Part shown: positions 31,290 to 41,111 of the stretch, in pieces | Layout of the letters: each line of letters opens with the position of its first letter | Numbering within the stretch: the stretch's first letter is position 1 | Source: a virus | Length of the DNA: 42,546 bases | Strand: one strand, 5' to 3' | Virus record (IMG/VR): IMGVR_UViG_3300045988_157693 | Span: 1 to 42,546 of that record | Notes under the pieces: model-generated | What the model saw: only the letters and a program-made list of their open reading frames with translations | Told to the model about the DNA's origin: nothing | The model's database searches: none | Position numbers and translations under genes: made by a program

Positions 31290-34200
31290 ATGAATTACCT
31301 TGATTACCTTAAAAAGAAAAAAGATGAAAATGATAATTCCCAGTCGAACACCACGACTGGGAATACCTCTAACGAAAAAAGCGATAGTTTGCTTGATGCG
31401 ATTAACGGCAAAAACGGTAACAATGATTATCTTGATTATCTCAACAGTCAGCCTGTACTTGGCCAGGAAGAAGAAGAAACACAGGCATTACACGATATGG
31501 GTAATGGCGAAGATGTGTTGTCAAGATGGTATGACTCTGCAAGCAATGCAACATCTAAGGCTTATTACGAGAATCAAAATACAGCATTTGATTCTTTAAA
31601 AAATAGAGCTGATACAATCTCAAAATATTATCAAACAGCCGATGCTCTCAAAGGCTCTGCTAAACAATTTTATGATAAATACGGCTATACTGATGACTCA
31701 TCAGATATGCAGAGTGCTATCTCTGACCTTAACATTGCAGAAGACAATTTCAAAACTAACGCAAAAGAAATTCAAAATGCAATGTCAGATTTTGACACAG
31801 AACAGGAATACAAATCTGCTGTTGCACAGGCAGAAGAAGATGCCAAAACTTCTGATGATTTACAGAAAGAATATGACAAGAAGAAAGCCGAGTATGACAG
31901 TACTTGGGGCGATTTCAACAAGGAATATGCCGAAATTGGCGGTAGTTACAATAACAATCCCTTCACTACGCAGGGCAAAAACGCAAACAAAAAATTGCAT
32001 GAACGCACCGACCAAAAAAAGGAACTTGGTGAACTGCAGAGAAAAATTGACCAAAAAAAGGAACTTGAAAACGAAAAGAAATACTATACTGATTTTCGCA
32101 AGCAAAATCCCGAAGTAGCAAAAACTCTTGATGCTTATTATGATATGCAGTCATATGAAGAGGAACACTCCAAAGATGCATTAGATACATATAACAAAGA
32201 GGTTTTAAAAGAGAAACTCAAAAAAGGTAAACTGCCGACAGATTCCTTATATACCGATGAAGAGAAAAAAGCTATCGAAACTAACTTTAATTCGCTCAAG
32301 ACTCTTGATGGTTGGAATGTTGACCAAATTTATAAATACTACAAACGGGCAAAAGACAGAGAAAAAGCCGAGAAAGAAAATGAAAATATTAAAGATTTCG
32401 CTGATAAGCACCCGATTGCAAGTACGGCTATAAGTACGCTTAATATGATTCCGTCAGCTTTTGAAACCGCACCAAAACAAGTCGCATCAAATATTGATAA
32501 ATGGACAGGCGGTGACGGATATTATAATCCCGAGGAATCTGCCGTGTACCAAAACAATTTATTGCAACAGGAAGTCGCAAGTAATATAGATAATCCGTTA
32601 GGAAGATTGGCTTACCAACAGGGAGTTAGCCTTGTTGATAACGCTATTCGTATGGGTATCGCATATGCAAATCCTGCTGTCGGATTATCTATGATGGGTG
32701 CAGAGGCAGCGACACAGGGATTTAATGATACTGTTGAAAATGGCGGTTCAGTAGAGCAGGCTCTTGCCACAGGTCTTGTTTACGCAGGTGTTGAAGTGCT
32801 TACCGAAGGTGTATCACTTGGTAAACTGAAAAGTTTCAAGAATGGCGGTGTAAAGGAATTCAAGAGCATTTTAAAGAATGCAGGAAAGCAGATTTTGACC
32901 GAGGCATCGGAAGAAGTATCTGCAACGCTCCTTGATAGTGTAGCAGATGAAATCATTAACGGTAGCTTATCACAGCTTGAGACAGAGTATGACAAATATA
33001 TTGACAGCGGTATGTCCGAAACTGAGGCAGGACAGGCAGTAATGCTGAATTACGGCAGTCAGATTATACAGGATGCAATTGGCGGTGCATTGATGGGCGG
33101 AATTTCGGGTACTGCTGTCAATACATCTCAATACAGAAGAAATATTAAGGCAGGAAAATCTATATCCTCTCTTGATAACATAGACACAGTTAAGAATCTT
33201 GCCAAGCATTACGGTCTTAATGACAGCGTTACCGATTATGAAAGCAACCCAACGGATGCAAAACTCGGTGCTTTGCAGAGCGAGGCATACGAAAAAGCAA
33301 CAGAAAGTATGCCAACAGAAAAAGACCTTAAAAAAGTCATCAAAAAATCAAACCTTGCATCAGATGAAAAGGTTGTTGCAAACAAACTTACAAACGGTGA
33401 AAATTTGACGGACGATGACCTTGAAAAAATCAAAAAGTCTGAAAATTTGAAGTCACTTCTTGCAAGCAATGTTGTCAATCAGACAAAGACTGCAAGATTT
33501 AATCAGCAGACTGCGTTGCTTTCCGCAGACACGAAACTGTTCACACCGAGCCTCATTGAGTTTAACGCTGAGAAAAGTGATACTGATGCAAATCTTAACA
33601 ATGCCGAAACACTCGACAAGTTTCTTTCGGAAAACGCTAAGAATATGACAATCAACACCGATACGGTTGATAAGATGAAAGATGCTTATAACGGATTAGA
33701 AGATAAAATCGAGCCTGATACTTTCGCTATGGAGTATGCGAGATTTTTCAATCAGGGTGTTCGTGCGGTTGCATTTCAGAGCTTGAATAGCACGGTATCA
33801 CAGTTACCGTACAATGTACAAGTATCGGCTTATGAAGATGGCTTGAATAAGTACACAACGGCACTCAAAGCTGGCAACGCTCTTTCAAAATTACAGCAGG
33901 AATGGAAAGACAAAACAAACGGTTACGCTAAAGGTACGGTTGATACTTCCGCTCTTGAAGGTATCAAACTTAACGATGAACAGAAAGCATCTGTTGATTA
34001 TATCTCAGGCTATGCTAATCACGGTTTGAATGTTAAGTTTTATGCATCACGGGCTGACGAAAACGGTGTGTATATAGACGATAACGGTGGTTATGACTCT
34101 TTAACTAATACCATAATGATTGATATTAATGCAAAGAAAGAAACCATCAACGATGTTATAAGTAAAGGTGCGATGATGTCAACTTTCGGCCACGAACTTT

Positions 34201-37200
34201 CCCACCTTGCTGAACACGCACCCACAGAGTATGCAGAGCTTTCAAAAGCTATTCAGGATGCCGTTGGTGCTGATACATTCAACGATGCAGTCGATAAGCA
34301 TTATTCTATACTTGAAGAACGCAACAGCGACAAATGGCAAAAAATGTCAGAGGATAAAAAACAAATTTATGCGACAAGAGAGGCAGTTGCCGAATTTTCT
34401 TCTGACCTTGTTAATCAAGCTAAAATTCTTGAAAGGATGTCAAAAGAGAATCCCTCTGTCGGAAAGAGATTTATCAATTTCATTAAGAAAGTTATTAGCA
34501 AGATTAAAAACATTCTCAAGGATAACAGAGGTATGACCGATGAGGCAAGACTACTTGCTAATAACCTTGCAAGCAATGCTGAAAAACTGCAGTCAATTGT
34601 TGATAAGTACGAAAAAGCTGTCATCGAAGGACTTAAAAATCAGAATGCAAAAGTTCATACAAATAAATCTTCTGTAAAAGAAAATAATACAAAAACTCAA
34701 AGTAATACAAGAACAGGAGATTTTCTTACAGAAAGAGAAAGAACGCTTGTAGCAACACACAATATAAGTTCACAGAACCTTATGAATCTTATCAACGATT
34801 TTGACGGAGCAGGTTTACCAGTACCGAGCATTGCAATTGAGAAAGCTGATAGTGTTCACGATAATTTTGGTGATGTTACTCTGTTGTTTAACAAGGACAC
34901 GATTGACCCACAGAATAATAGTAATAACAATGTGTACAGCCGTGATGCGTGGACAAGTACCTTCCCACAGACGGAATACAAAATTAACGCTGAGGGTCTT
35001 AAAGCAATTGCGAAAAAGTTAGATTTATCTGAGAATTATCTCGAAAGTAATATATTTAACACTAATGATTTAAATGGAATTAAGCGTAAATTTTTAAATG
35101 ACAGATATGTACGAAAAGCCTTCGTTGAAGAAAACAATATTGAGGTTACCCCTGTTGCATATGAAAAAAAACCTAAATTCTCATTTTTCGCAAACCCAAC
35201 TGTCAAGTCTTTTATCAAAAACAACAACTGTACATTTGATAGACTTGTTAATGACAAAGAATTTCGAGATGCTTTTTTAAAGGTTGCTAAAGAGTCAATT
35301 CGACTGCGGATTGCGTTGCGACAAGTCGAAAGATTTGAAAACACTCTTGATGATTGTGCAAAATCTAAAGATGTGTATAGTGATTCCAAAGAGTCAATTG
35401 AATACTGCATTGAATATGCCAAAGGTAATGCTAAAAAAGAAGTGACTGAATACTCATATGAAGAAGGTATAGAAAATGCTATCAATGAGCATAAAGCGGA
35501 ATTTGAAAAGTATATAGACAATATGCTTTCTGAAAGCGATGTCATCGGAGATAAATATATTGTCAGAGATGATGTCAACTTATACAACAATGACGGTAGT
35601 CGAAAATCTTTTGAACAGACACATTACGATTACAATATTGATAATGTAGTCAAAGCTATGAAAGTAGGAAAGAATGTAGTTGGGAATTCCTTTTTAGGTG
35701 GAATGGAATTCACGAAAACGATATCTGCACAAAATCTTAATAGCATTGACGAAATAAAAAGTAACGAACATATGTTACAAGAATTATCGCCTGAGGAAAT
35801 CGAAACCCAAAAGGAAAACATTTCCAATCTGCTTGCTCCGATAATAAGAGAGGTTGCTGACAGCGATAAATATAGCAACGGTTTTATTGGTGCAAGCGAA
35901 AATATTGTTGATGCATTTAAGGCATATAATACGGTTGACGGTGTTTATAAATATCTTAAACAGTATTATAGTAACCTCAAAAAAAGCACGGTAAATAAAC
36001 TTTTCAAGGCGAGAGATGAGATTGCCGAAATGCCAGTAAGATACTTCGAGGCAAAGCCACACAGAGTTGTAGGATTTGACGAGGTAATGGCGGTGGTTAT
36101 TCCTGCTGATGCAGACGAAAAATTAAAAACTGCTCTCAAAAAAATGGATATACCGATGTATGAGTATGCTGATGAAAGTCAAAGAGCAGATGCTACGCAC
36201 AAAGCAATCAACACGGAATATACAGACAAATCGGGTGTAACTTATGACAATCTTCAATTTTCAAGCAACAGAGGTGACTTTCTTTCAGAAAAAGAGGCTG
36301 ATAACCAATACTCTCAAGCCGTCAAAAGCAATGACATTGAAACAGCACAGAAATTTGTCGATGAAAAAGCTATGTCTTGGGGAGCATACTCAGAGAATGG
36401 AAAAACTCCAACCAAACTGTATCACGGCACAGAAAGTTTTGGCTTTACTGCTTTTGACCTTTCTAAGATGGATAACGGAGCAAGTATATTCTTGACGAAT
36501 AAACCCGAAATTGCCTCTACATATTCAGGTGTTGAAATTGAAAACAATATACAACACACAATAAACTCCATTAAAGCGATAAGCTCTAAAGTTAAATCAA
36601 TGTCTATTTATGAAATTGAAAAGAGTTTAAACTCGCTCACGCACGGTAACACTAATCCCGAATTAAGAGCAGATAATGACGATTTGCATTACTCAATTGT
36701 AGATGAAAACGCTGTTAATAAGTTTACGGCTAAAGTTAATTCTGAAATTGATTATCTCATAGATTACTTGAAAGGCAGAGAAGGATATTTTAAGAAATTC
36801 CCGAAAATTGATTACGATACTAAGTATTCTGATTTTGTAGAAATGCTTAAAAATCGTCAATATAATAAGATTTCAAATCCTTTATTCAATTTAATTGAAA
36901 GCACAAAGTTTGACTCTACGGAAGAAGAACAGAAATTTCGGAAAATTGAAAGAGACAGTTATGAATTAGTTAGAATTTTGGAAGTTTATAATAATTCCCC
37001 AATAATCATAAGTAAGGATTCCCAAAGCACAATTTTTGGCGTTTTTAACGAAAATAAAGCTAAAGATTATCTAAAAGGTAAATTAACGGAACAGGTACAA
37101 AAAGGTAACTATTCGTTGTTTGCTAAAATAGAAAATCCTCTTATTATTGATGCCAGCAAAAGTAATTGGAATGAAATTGATGTGAAATCAGTTATAAATA

Positions 37201-40200
37201 CACCTTTCGGTGATGCAATTAAATCAGAATATGGTGAGGATTATTTTAATTACGGAACACAACACCTTTCAACAAGAGAAGTTTCTAAATATGCGAAACA
37301 GGCAGGTTATGACGGTGTCATCTTTAAGAATCTTAAAGATAACGGTGGTCGCAACAGTAATGTTTCACTTGATACTGTTTCTGATGTTTACATTGCTTTT
37401 AATCCGAACAATGTAAAATCAGCTGATGCAATAACCTACGATAACAACGGCAAAGTAATTCCGCTTTCAGAGAGATTCAACAGTAGTGAGAATGATATTC
37501 GCTACAATATGAGAGGCGGTGACTTCCTCAGCAACCGAGAGGCACTTGCACAGGCTCTTGAAACAACAGCACTTAATGCCTCAGAGCGAAATACCGTCAA
37601 GACCTATCAACAGGGACTTGAGCAGATGAACAAACTCAACGATAAACTTAATGAGATTGACAGCAAAATCAAGACTATCAATGCCAAAGACAACATCTCT
37701 AAGAGCGACAAAGCGGAGATTGCATCGCTTGAGAAAGTTAAAGCGGAAACCGAAGAAAAAATCGTAAACAAAGACAAAAGTCTTTTAAAATTGGAGTCAA
37801 CCGAGGCAATGCGTAACATCTTGAAGTACGAAACCTCCAAAAAGATTGCAAGAGTGCGTGAGCAGAAGAACAATCGAATTGCTGAAATCAGAAAGCAGGA
37901 AACGCAGAAACGCAAGGATGCCGTTGCTAAACTCCGTAAACAGAAGAATGATAAGATTGACGATATCATTTTGAAAAACCGTGAGAAACGCAAAGCAGAT
38001 AGTGAAAAACGCAAGGACAATCAGGACTGGTCGCATTCAATCAGCGAAATCAAGAAATACTCGAAGAAACTGTTAGATGCTGTCTTGCATCCGACAGAAA
38101 AAATGTATATTCCATACGGCTTGAACGAGCCTATCAAGAGTATTACATCAACTCTTCTTGATTCGATGAATCTTGATAATGATACTAAGATGTCAGACAA
38201 TTTGAGAAAACTCTCTCAACAGCTCGAACAAGTCAATCAAAGTGATGAGCATTACGGTGATTTCTATAATGCTTACAATGAGGAAATTATCGAGGAAATA
38301 AAAGACTTTGCCGATTACCTTGAGGAAAGACTTGAAGGTGTCAAAATTAAAAAACAGACACAGAAAGAAAGCCTTATTGAAGGACTCACACACGAAGAGG
38401 CTAAGGAAATTGAACAGATTGTCAAAGATGTGTACAACGCAACAAGGGATGCTGTTAAGCAGATTGGCAGACAGGATGCTATTACTAACTATGAGTCAGG
38501 TTTAAGGATTATTAATCAGACAAGAGAACTCGGTGATGTTAAGCTTAATGTAATGGACTCATTACTCGACCAAGTATTATCACCGATGCGACTTATGGCA
38601 AAGTACACAGGCTACAATGCGGATGCCGAGCTTATGTATCACATCAATGCTCTTAACGAAGGTACGGAAAAGTACAATATGTTTAAGATGCTCGCCGAAA
38701 AGCCTCTCAATGATTTTATCAAAGAAAATCCGAAGGGCTATGAAAGTTTTAAAAATGATGTTGTTGAAATCAAATACCGTGACAATAAGAATGTTGCACA
38801 GACTGTCAAAATGACAAAGTCACAGGGATTGCAGATACTGATGTCTTGGACAAGAGAACACACAGAAGGCTCTCGCCTTGACCATATGGAGCGAGGCGGT
38901 GTTACTTTGCTTGATGCCGAACAGATGAGTAAAGGCAATTACGAAAAAGCATTCGCTCAAAGAAAGACCATCAGAGGCATTAATTTAAGTTTCATATCGG
39001 CTGTACAGAGCCAAATGGGAGAGTTTGAAAACCATTATCGTGAACTTGCCGAAACCCTCTTCAATGAGGTTTCCAATGCTTACATCAATGACACTTCTGC
39101 AATTCTTCTTCATCGTGACATTGCAACCGAAAAATACTACATACCTTTTGCTGTTAATAAGGATTTTCTTTCGACAGAAATTGACGGCTTGAAGTACGAT
39201 GCAACCATTGTCAACAAAGGTATGCTGAAAACTACTAAGAAAAACGCACCACAGGCTCTTAACATTGCAGGACTCGACAGCGTTATATCTAAGCACATAA
39301 GAGATGTCGGACAGTATTACGGTTACGCTGTGCCTATCCGTAATCTTAACAAGGCACTCAATGTTAAGATGTTTGACACAAACGAAAACGGCAACAAGAT
39401 TGCAACAGACTCCGTCAGAAATGCCCTCAGAGAAACCTTTAATTCTGACAAACCTATTCAGTTTATCGAACAGGTAATGACCGACTTGCAGACATCAAGA
39501 AAATCAAACTCTCAGACCGAAAAAGCAATCAATAAGATTGTTAGGGCAGTCAGAGATAATATGATTACATCGGCACTCAAAGGCTCTGTATCGGTAGTTA
39601 TTAAGCAGGGTGCATCATTGTACACAGCATCAAGCATTCTTTCAATGCGTTCCGTATCTGTCGGTGCAGTCAAAGGCATTCAGCAGATTGCTCGCAAGGG
39701 TGGTTGGAAACAGCTTACAGATGAGATTGATGCACACACGGCAGGTCACTATATGCGTAGAATTGGCTTGTCATCGATGGAAATCGAGGCAATGAAAGAC
39801 TCTTGGCTCGGTAAGAAACTGCCCACAGCACTCAACCCTGCAAAATGGATACAGGGTACAGACTGTATTACAACAGCGTTGCATTGGGTGGCTACTAAAG
39901 AAGAAGTAAGCCGATTTTATAAGGAACAGGGAAAAGCTGGCCAAATAGGCTCTGATGAATATTTCGATGAGGTCACAAAGTTATATGACCAAATCCTTGA
40001 AGAAACACAGCCTATGTATGATAGCCTCCATAGAGGTGAAATACAGAAAAATTCAAACGAGTTGTTAAAATCTGTATTTATGTTTAAGACTCAGCCATTG
40101 CAGAACACAGGTATCTTGTATGATGCAATTATGGATTATCAGGCAAACAAGGACAATGCAGAACTTCGAGATGCCAAAAAACAAAAGCTTGCAAAAGCAG

Positions 40201-41045
40201 TTTCCTCACAGATGGTGTCGGCACTTACTTTCGTTGCAATGACCTTTATTGCATCCCTCGCTCTTCATAAACCTGAACGCTACAAGGACGAAAATGATGA
40301 GGTTACTCTTTCCTCTGTTCTTGAGAGACTTGGCATTGATTGGGCAGAAACAGGATTTAGTGTTCTTGTTCCGATTGGCGGTGCTGAACTTGCATCATTC
40401 ATTGAAAATCAGATTAACGGTAAAGATTATGATTTTGCATCTGATAATGTTGTGTCAATGCTCAATGACTTTACTTCATCAATTGGTGACTTTAATCAAA
40501 ATGTTATTGTTGCTCTTGCACAAGGTAATTTTGACCTTGACAAAGCAAAAGATGCCCTATGGGGATTATCTGTCGATGGTCTTGCATTTTTCAAAGGATT
40601 TCCTTTGAAGAATTACAGCAATATCGTTAACGGTATCTTCTCTAATTTGTCGGATGCAATCAGCGGTCATAGCACTTACTTCGGTTCATCGGGCGGTCGA
40701 AAAGGTAGTGAATACGCAAACTCATATGATGTACTTATTGACAATAACCCCGAAAAGGCAAAGCAACAGCTTGAAACATTCTATAACGAGAAGTATGAAG
40801 AACAGATTGCAAAAGGAGAAACTACAACCGAGGCAAAGAAAAAAGCACAGACCTCTGTCCGTACTGCACTAACTACGCAGTATAAGAAAGAGTATCAAAA
40901 AGCATTTCTTAATAATGACCGTGACACAATGCAGAAAATCAGCAAGAAACTGCAGGAGTCAGGCTATATGAAGTGGGAAGGCAAATCATTGTCGACTGTG
41001 TTAGGCGAATGGACTAAGTCAGCTAAAGAAGATTTAAGCAAGTAA
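31290..41045 (+). CDS. Giant 3251-aa polyvalent-type virion protein (HExxH metallopeptidase-like, LPD-like and ADP-ribosyltransferase-like modules)
   Basis: Uninterrupted ORF with an AAGGAG RBS. HELSH at 34191-34205. HNISSQNL..GLPVPSIAIEK module. LYHGT...GYDGVIFKNL...VIPLSERFNSSENDIRY module. The linker R(G/T)GDFL(S/T)x(R/K)E occurs three times. Confidence 0.93.
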   Translation: MNYLDYLKKKKDENDNSQSNTTTGNTSNEKSDSLLDAINGKNGNNDYLDYLNSQPVLGQEEEETQALHDMGNGEDVLSRWYDSASNATSKAYYENQNTAFDSLKNRADTISKYYQTADALKGSAKQFYDKYGYTDDSSDMQSAISDLNIAEDNFKTNAKEIQNAMSDFDTEQEYKSAVAQAEEDAKTSDDLQKEYDKKKAEYDSTWGDFNKEYAEIGGSYNNNPFTTQGKNANKKLHERTDQKKELGELQRKIDQKKELENEKKYYTDFRKQNPEVAKTLDAYYDMQSYEEEHSKDALDTYNKEVLKEKLKKGKLPTDSLYTDEEKKAIETNFNSLKTLDGWNVDQIYKYYKRAKDREKAEKENENIKDFADKHPIASTAISTLNMIPSAFETAPKQVASNIDKWTGGDGYYNPEESAVYQNNLLQQEVASNIDNPLGRLAYQQGVSLVDNAIRMGIAYANPAVGLSMMGAEAATQGFNDTVENGGSVEQALATGLVYAGVEVLTEGVSLGKLKSFKNGGVKEFKSILKNAGKQILTEASEEVSATLLDSVADEIINGSLSQLETEYDKYIDSGMSETEAGQAVMLNYGSQIIQDAIGGALMGGISGTAVNTSQYRRNIKAGKSISSLDNIDTVKNLAKHYGLNDSVTDYESNPTDAKLGALQSEAYEKATESMPTEKDLKKVIKKSNLASDEKVVANKLTNGENLTDDDLEKIKKSENLKSLLASNVVNQTKTARFNQQTALLSADTKLFTPSLIEFNAEKSDTDANLNNAETLDKFLSENAKNMTINTDTVDKMKDAYNGLEDKIEPDTFAMEYARFFNQGVRAVAFQSLNSTVSQLPYNVQVSAYEDGLNKYTTALKAGNALSKLQQEWKDKTNGYAKGTVDTSALEGIKLNDEQKASVDYISGYANHGLNVKFYASRADENGVYIDDNGGYDSLTNTIMIDINAKKETINDVISKGAMMSTFGHELSHLAEHAPTEYAELSKAIQDAVGADTFNDAVDKHYSILEERNSDKWQKMSEDKKQIYATREAVAEFSSDLVNQAKILERMSKENPSVGKRFINFIKKVISKIKNILKDNRGMTDEARLLANNLASNAEKLQSIVDKYEKAVIEGLKNQNAKVHTNKSSVKENNTKTQSNTRTGDFLTERERTLVATHNISSQNLMNLINDFDGAGLPVPSIAIEKADSVHDNFGDVTLLFNKDTIDPQNNSNNNVYSRDAWTSTFPQTEYKINAEGLKAIAKKLDLSENYLESNIFNTNDLNGIKRKFLNDRYVRKAFVEENNIEVTPVAYEKKPKFSFFANPTVKSFIKNNNCTFDRLVNDKEFRDAFLKVAKESIRLRIALRQVERFENTLDDCAKSKDVYSDSKESIEYCIEYAKGNAKKEVTEYSYEEGIENAINEHKAEFEKYIDNMLSESDVIGDKYIVRDDVNLYNNDGSRKSFEQTHYDYNIDNVVKAMKVGKNVVGNSFLGGMEFTKTISAQNLNSIDEIKSNEHMLQELSPEEIETQKENISNLLAPIIREVADSDKYSNGFIGASENIVDAFKAYNTVDGVYKYLKQYYSNLKKSTVNKLFKARDEIAEMPVRYFEAKPHRVVGFDEVMAVVIPADADEKLKTALKKMDIPMYEYADESQRADATHKAINTEYTDKSGVTYDNLQFSSNRGDFLSEKEADNQYSQAVKSNDIETAQKFVDEKAMSWGAYSENGKTPTKLYHGTESFGFTAFDLSKMDNGASIFLTNKPEIASTYSGVEIENNIQHTINSIKAISSKVKSMSIYEIEKSLNSLTHGNTNPELRADNDDLHYSIVDENAVNKFTAKVNSEIDYLIDYLKGREGYFKKFPKIDYDTKYSDFVEMLKNRQYNKISNPLFNLIESTKFDSTEEEQKFRKIERDSYELVRILEVYNNSPIIISKDSQSTIFGVFNENKAKDYLKGKLTEQVQKGNYSLFAKIENPLIIDASKSNWNEIDVKSVINTPFGDAIKSEYGEDYFNYGTQHLSTREVSKYAKQAGYDGVIFKNLKDNGGRNSNVSLDTVSDVYIAFNPNNVKSADAITYDNNGKVIPLSERFNSSENDIRYNMRGGDFLSNREALAQALETTALNASERNTVKTYQQGLEQMNKLNDKLNEIDSKIKTINAKDNISKSDKAEIASLEKVKAETEEKIVNKDKSLLKLESTEAMRNILKYETSKKIARVREQKNNRIAEIRKQETQKRKDAVAKLRKQKNDKIDDIILKNREKRKADSEKRKDNQDWSHSISEIKKYSKKLLDAVLHPTEKMYIPYGLNEPIKSITSTLLDSMNLDNDTKMSDNLRKLSQQLEQVNQSDEHYGDFYNAYNEEIIEEIKDFADYLEERLEGVKIKKQTQKESLIEGLTHEEAKEIEQIVKDVYNATRDAVKQIGRQDAITNYESGLRIINQTRELGDVKLNVMDSLLDQVLSPMRLMAKYTGYNADAELMYHINALNEGTEKYNMFKMLAEKPLNDFIKENPKGYESFKNDVVEIKYRDNKNVAQTVKMTKSQGLQILMSWTREHTEGSRLDHMERGGVTLLDAEQMSKGNYEKAFAQRKTIRGINLSFISAVQSQMGEFENHYRELAETLFNEVSNAYINDTSAILLHRDIATEKYYIPFAVNKDFLSTEIDGLKYDATIVNKGMLKTTKKNAPQALNIAGLDSVISKHIRDVGQYYGYAVPIRNLNKALNVKMFDTNENGNKIATDSVRNALRETFNSDKPIQFIEQVMTDLQTSRKSNSQTEKAINKIVRAVRDNMITSALKGSVSVVIKQGASLYTASSILSMRSVSVGAVKGIQQIARKGGWKQLTDEIDAHTAGHYMRRIGLSSMEIEAMKDSWLGKKLPTALNPAKWIQGTDCITTALHWVATKEEVSRFYKEQGKAGQIGSDEYFDEVTKLYDQILEETQPMYDSLHRGEIQKNSNELLKSVFMFKTQPLQNTGILYDAIMDYQANKDNAELRDAKKQKLAKAVSSQMVSALTFVAMTFIASLALHKPERYKDENDEVTLSSVLERLGIDWAETGFSVLVPIGGAELASFIENQINGKDYDFASDNVVSMLNDFTSSIGDFNQNVIVALAQGNFDLDKAKDALWGLSVDGLAFFKGFPLKNYSNIVNGIFSNLSDAISGHSTYFGSSGGRKGSEYANSYDVLIDNNPEKAKQQLETFYNEKYEEQIAKGETTTEAKKKAQTSVRTALTTQYKKEYQKAFLNNDRDTMQKISKKLQESGYMKWEGKSLSTVLGEWTKSAKEDLSK

Positions 41046-41049
41046 AAAC

Positions 41050-41081
41050 GAATCCTGTGTGGTTAGTGTACCGCACAGGAT
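41050..41081 (+). other. Hairpin after the giant gene (no U tract)
   Basis: aatcctgtg / cacaggatt. Confidence 0.4.
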
Positions 41082-41111
41082 TGCCCTATAATTATTTAAG
41101 AGGTGATTAAA

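Noticed and set aside
30514-31293. A 259-aa alternative-frame ORF overlapping the Q/N-rich gene. Similar cases are the long antisense ORFs inside the giant gene (35036..35590 minus and 37607..38020 minus).
   Set aside because: They have no RBS and low-complexity K/T/S/L-rich translations typical of shadow frames of biased genes. All are fully nested in strongly supported CDSs.
31290-41045. The giant ORF as an N4-like virion RNA polymerase, or as a tape-measure protein.
   Set aside because: I could not find T7-like polymerase motifs (motif A/C aspartates in context, or RxxxKxxxxxxxYG). I also found no tape-measure features such as periodic aromatic repeats. The recognisable motifs point to polyvalent-protein modules instead. 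The tape-measure or ejection role remains open but unsupported.
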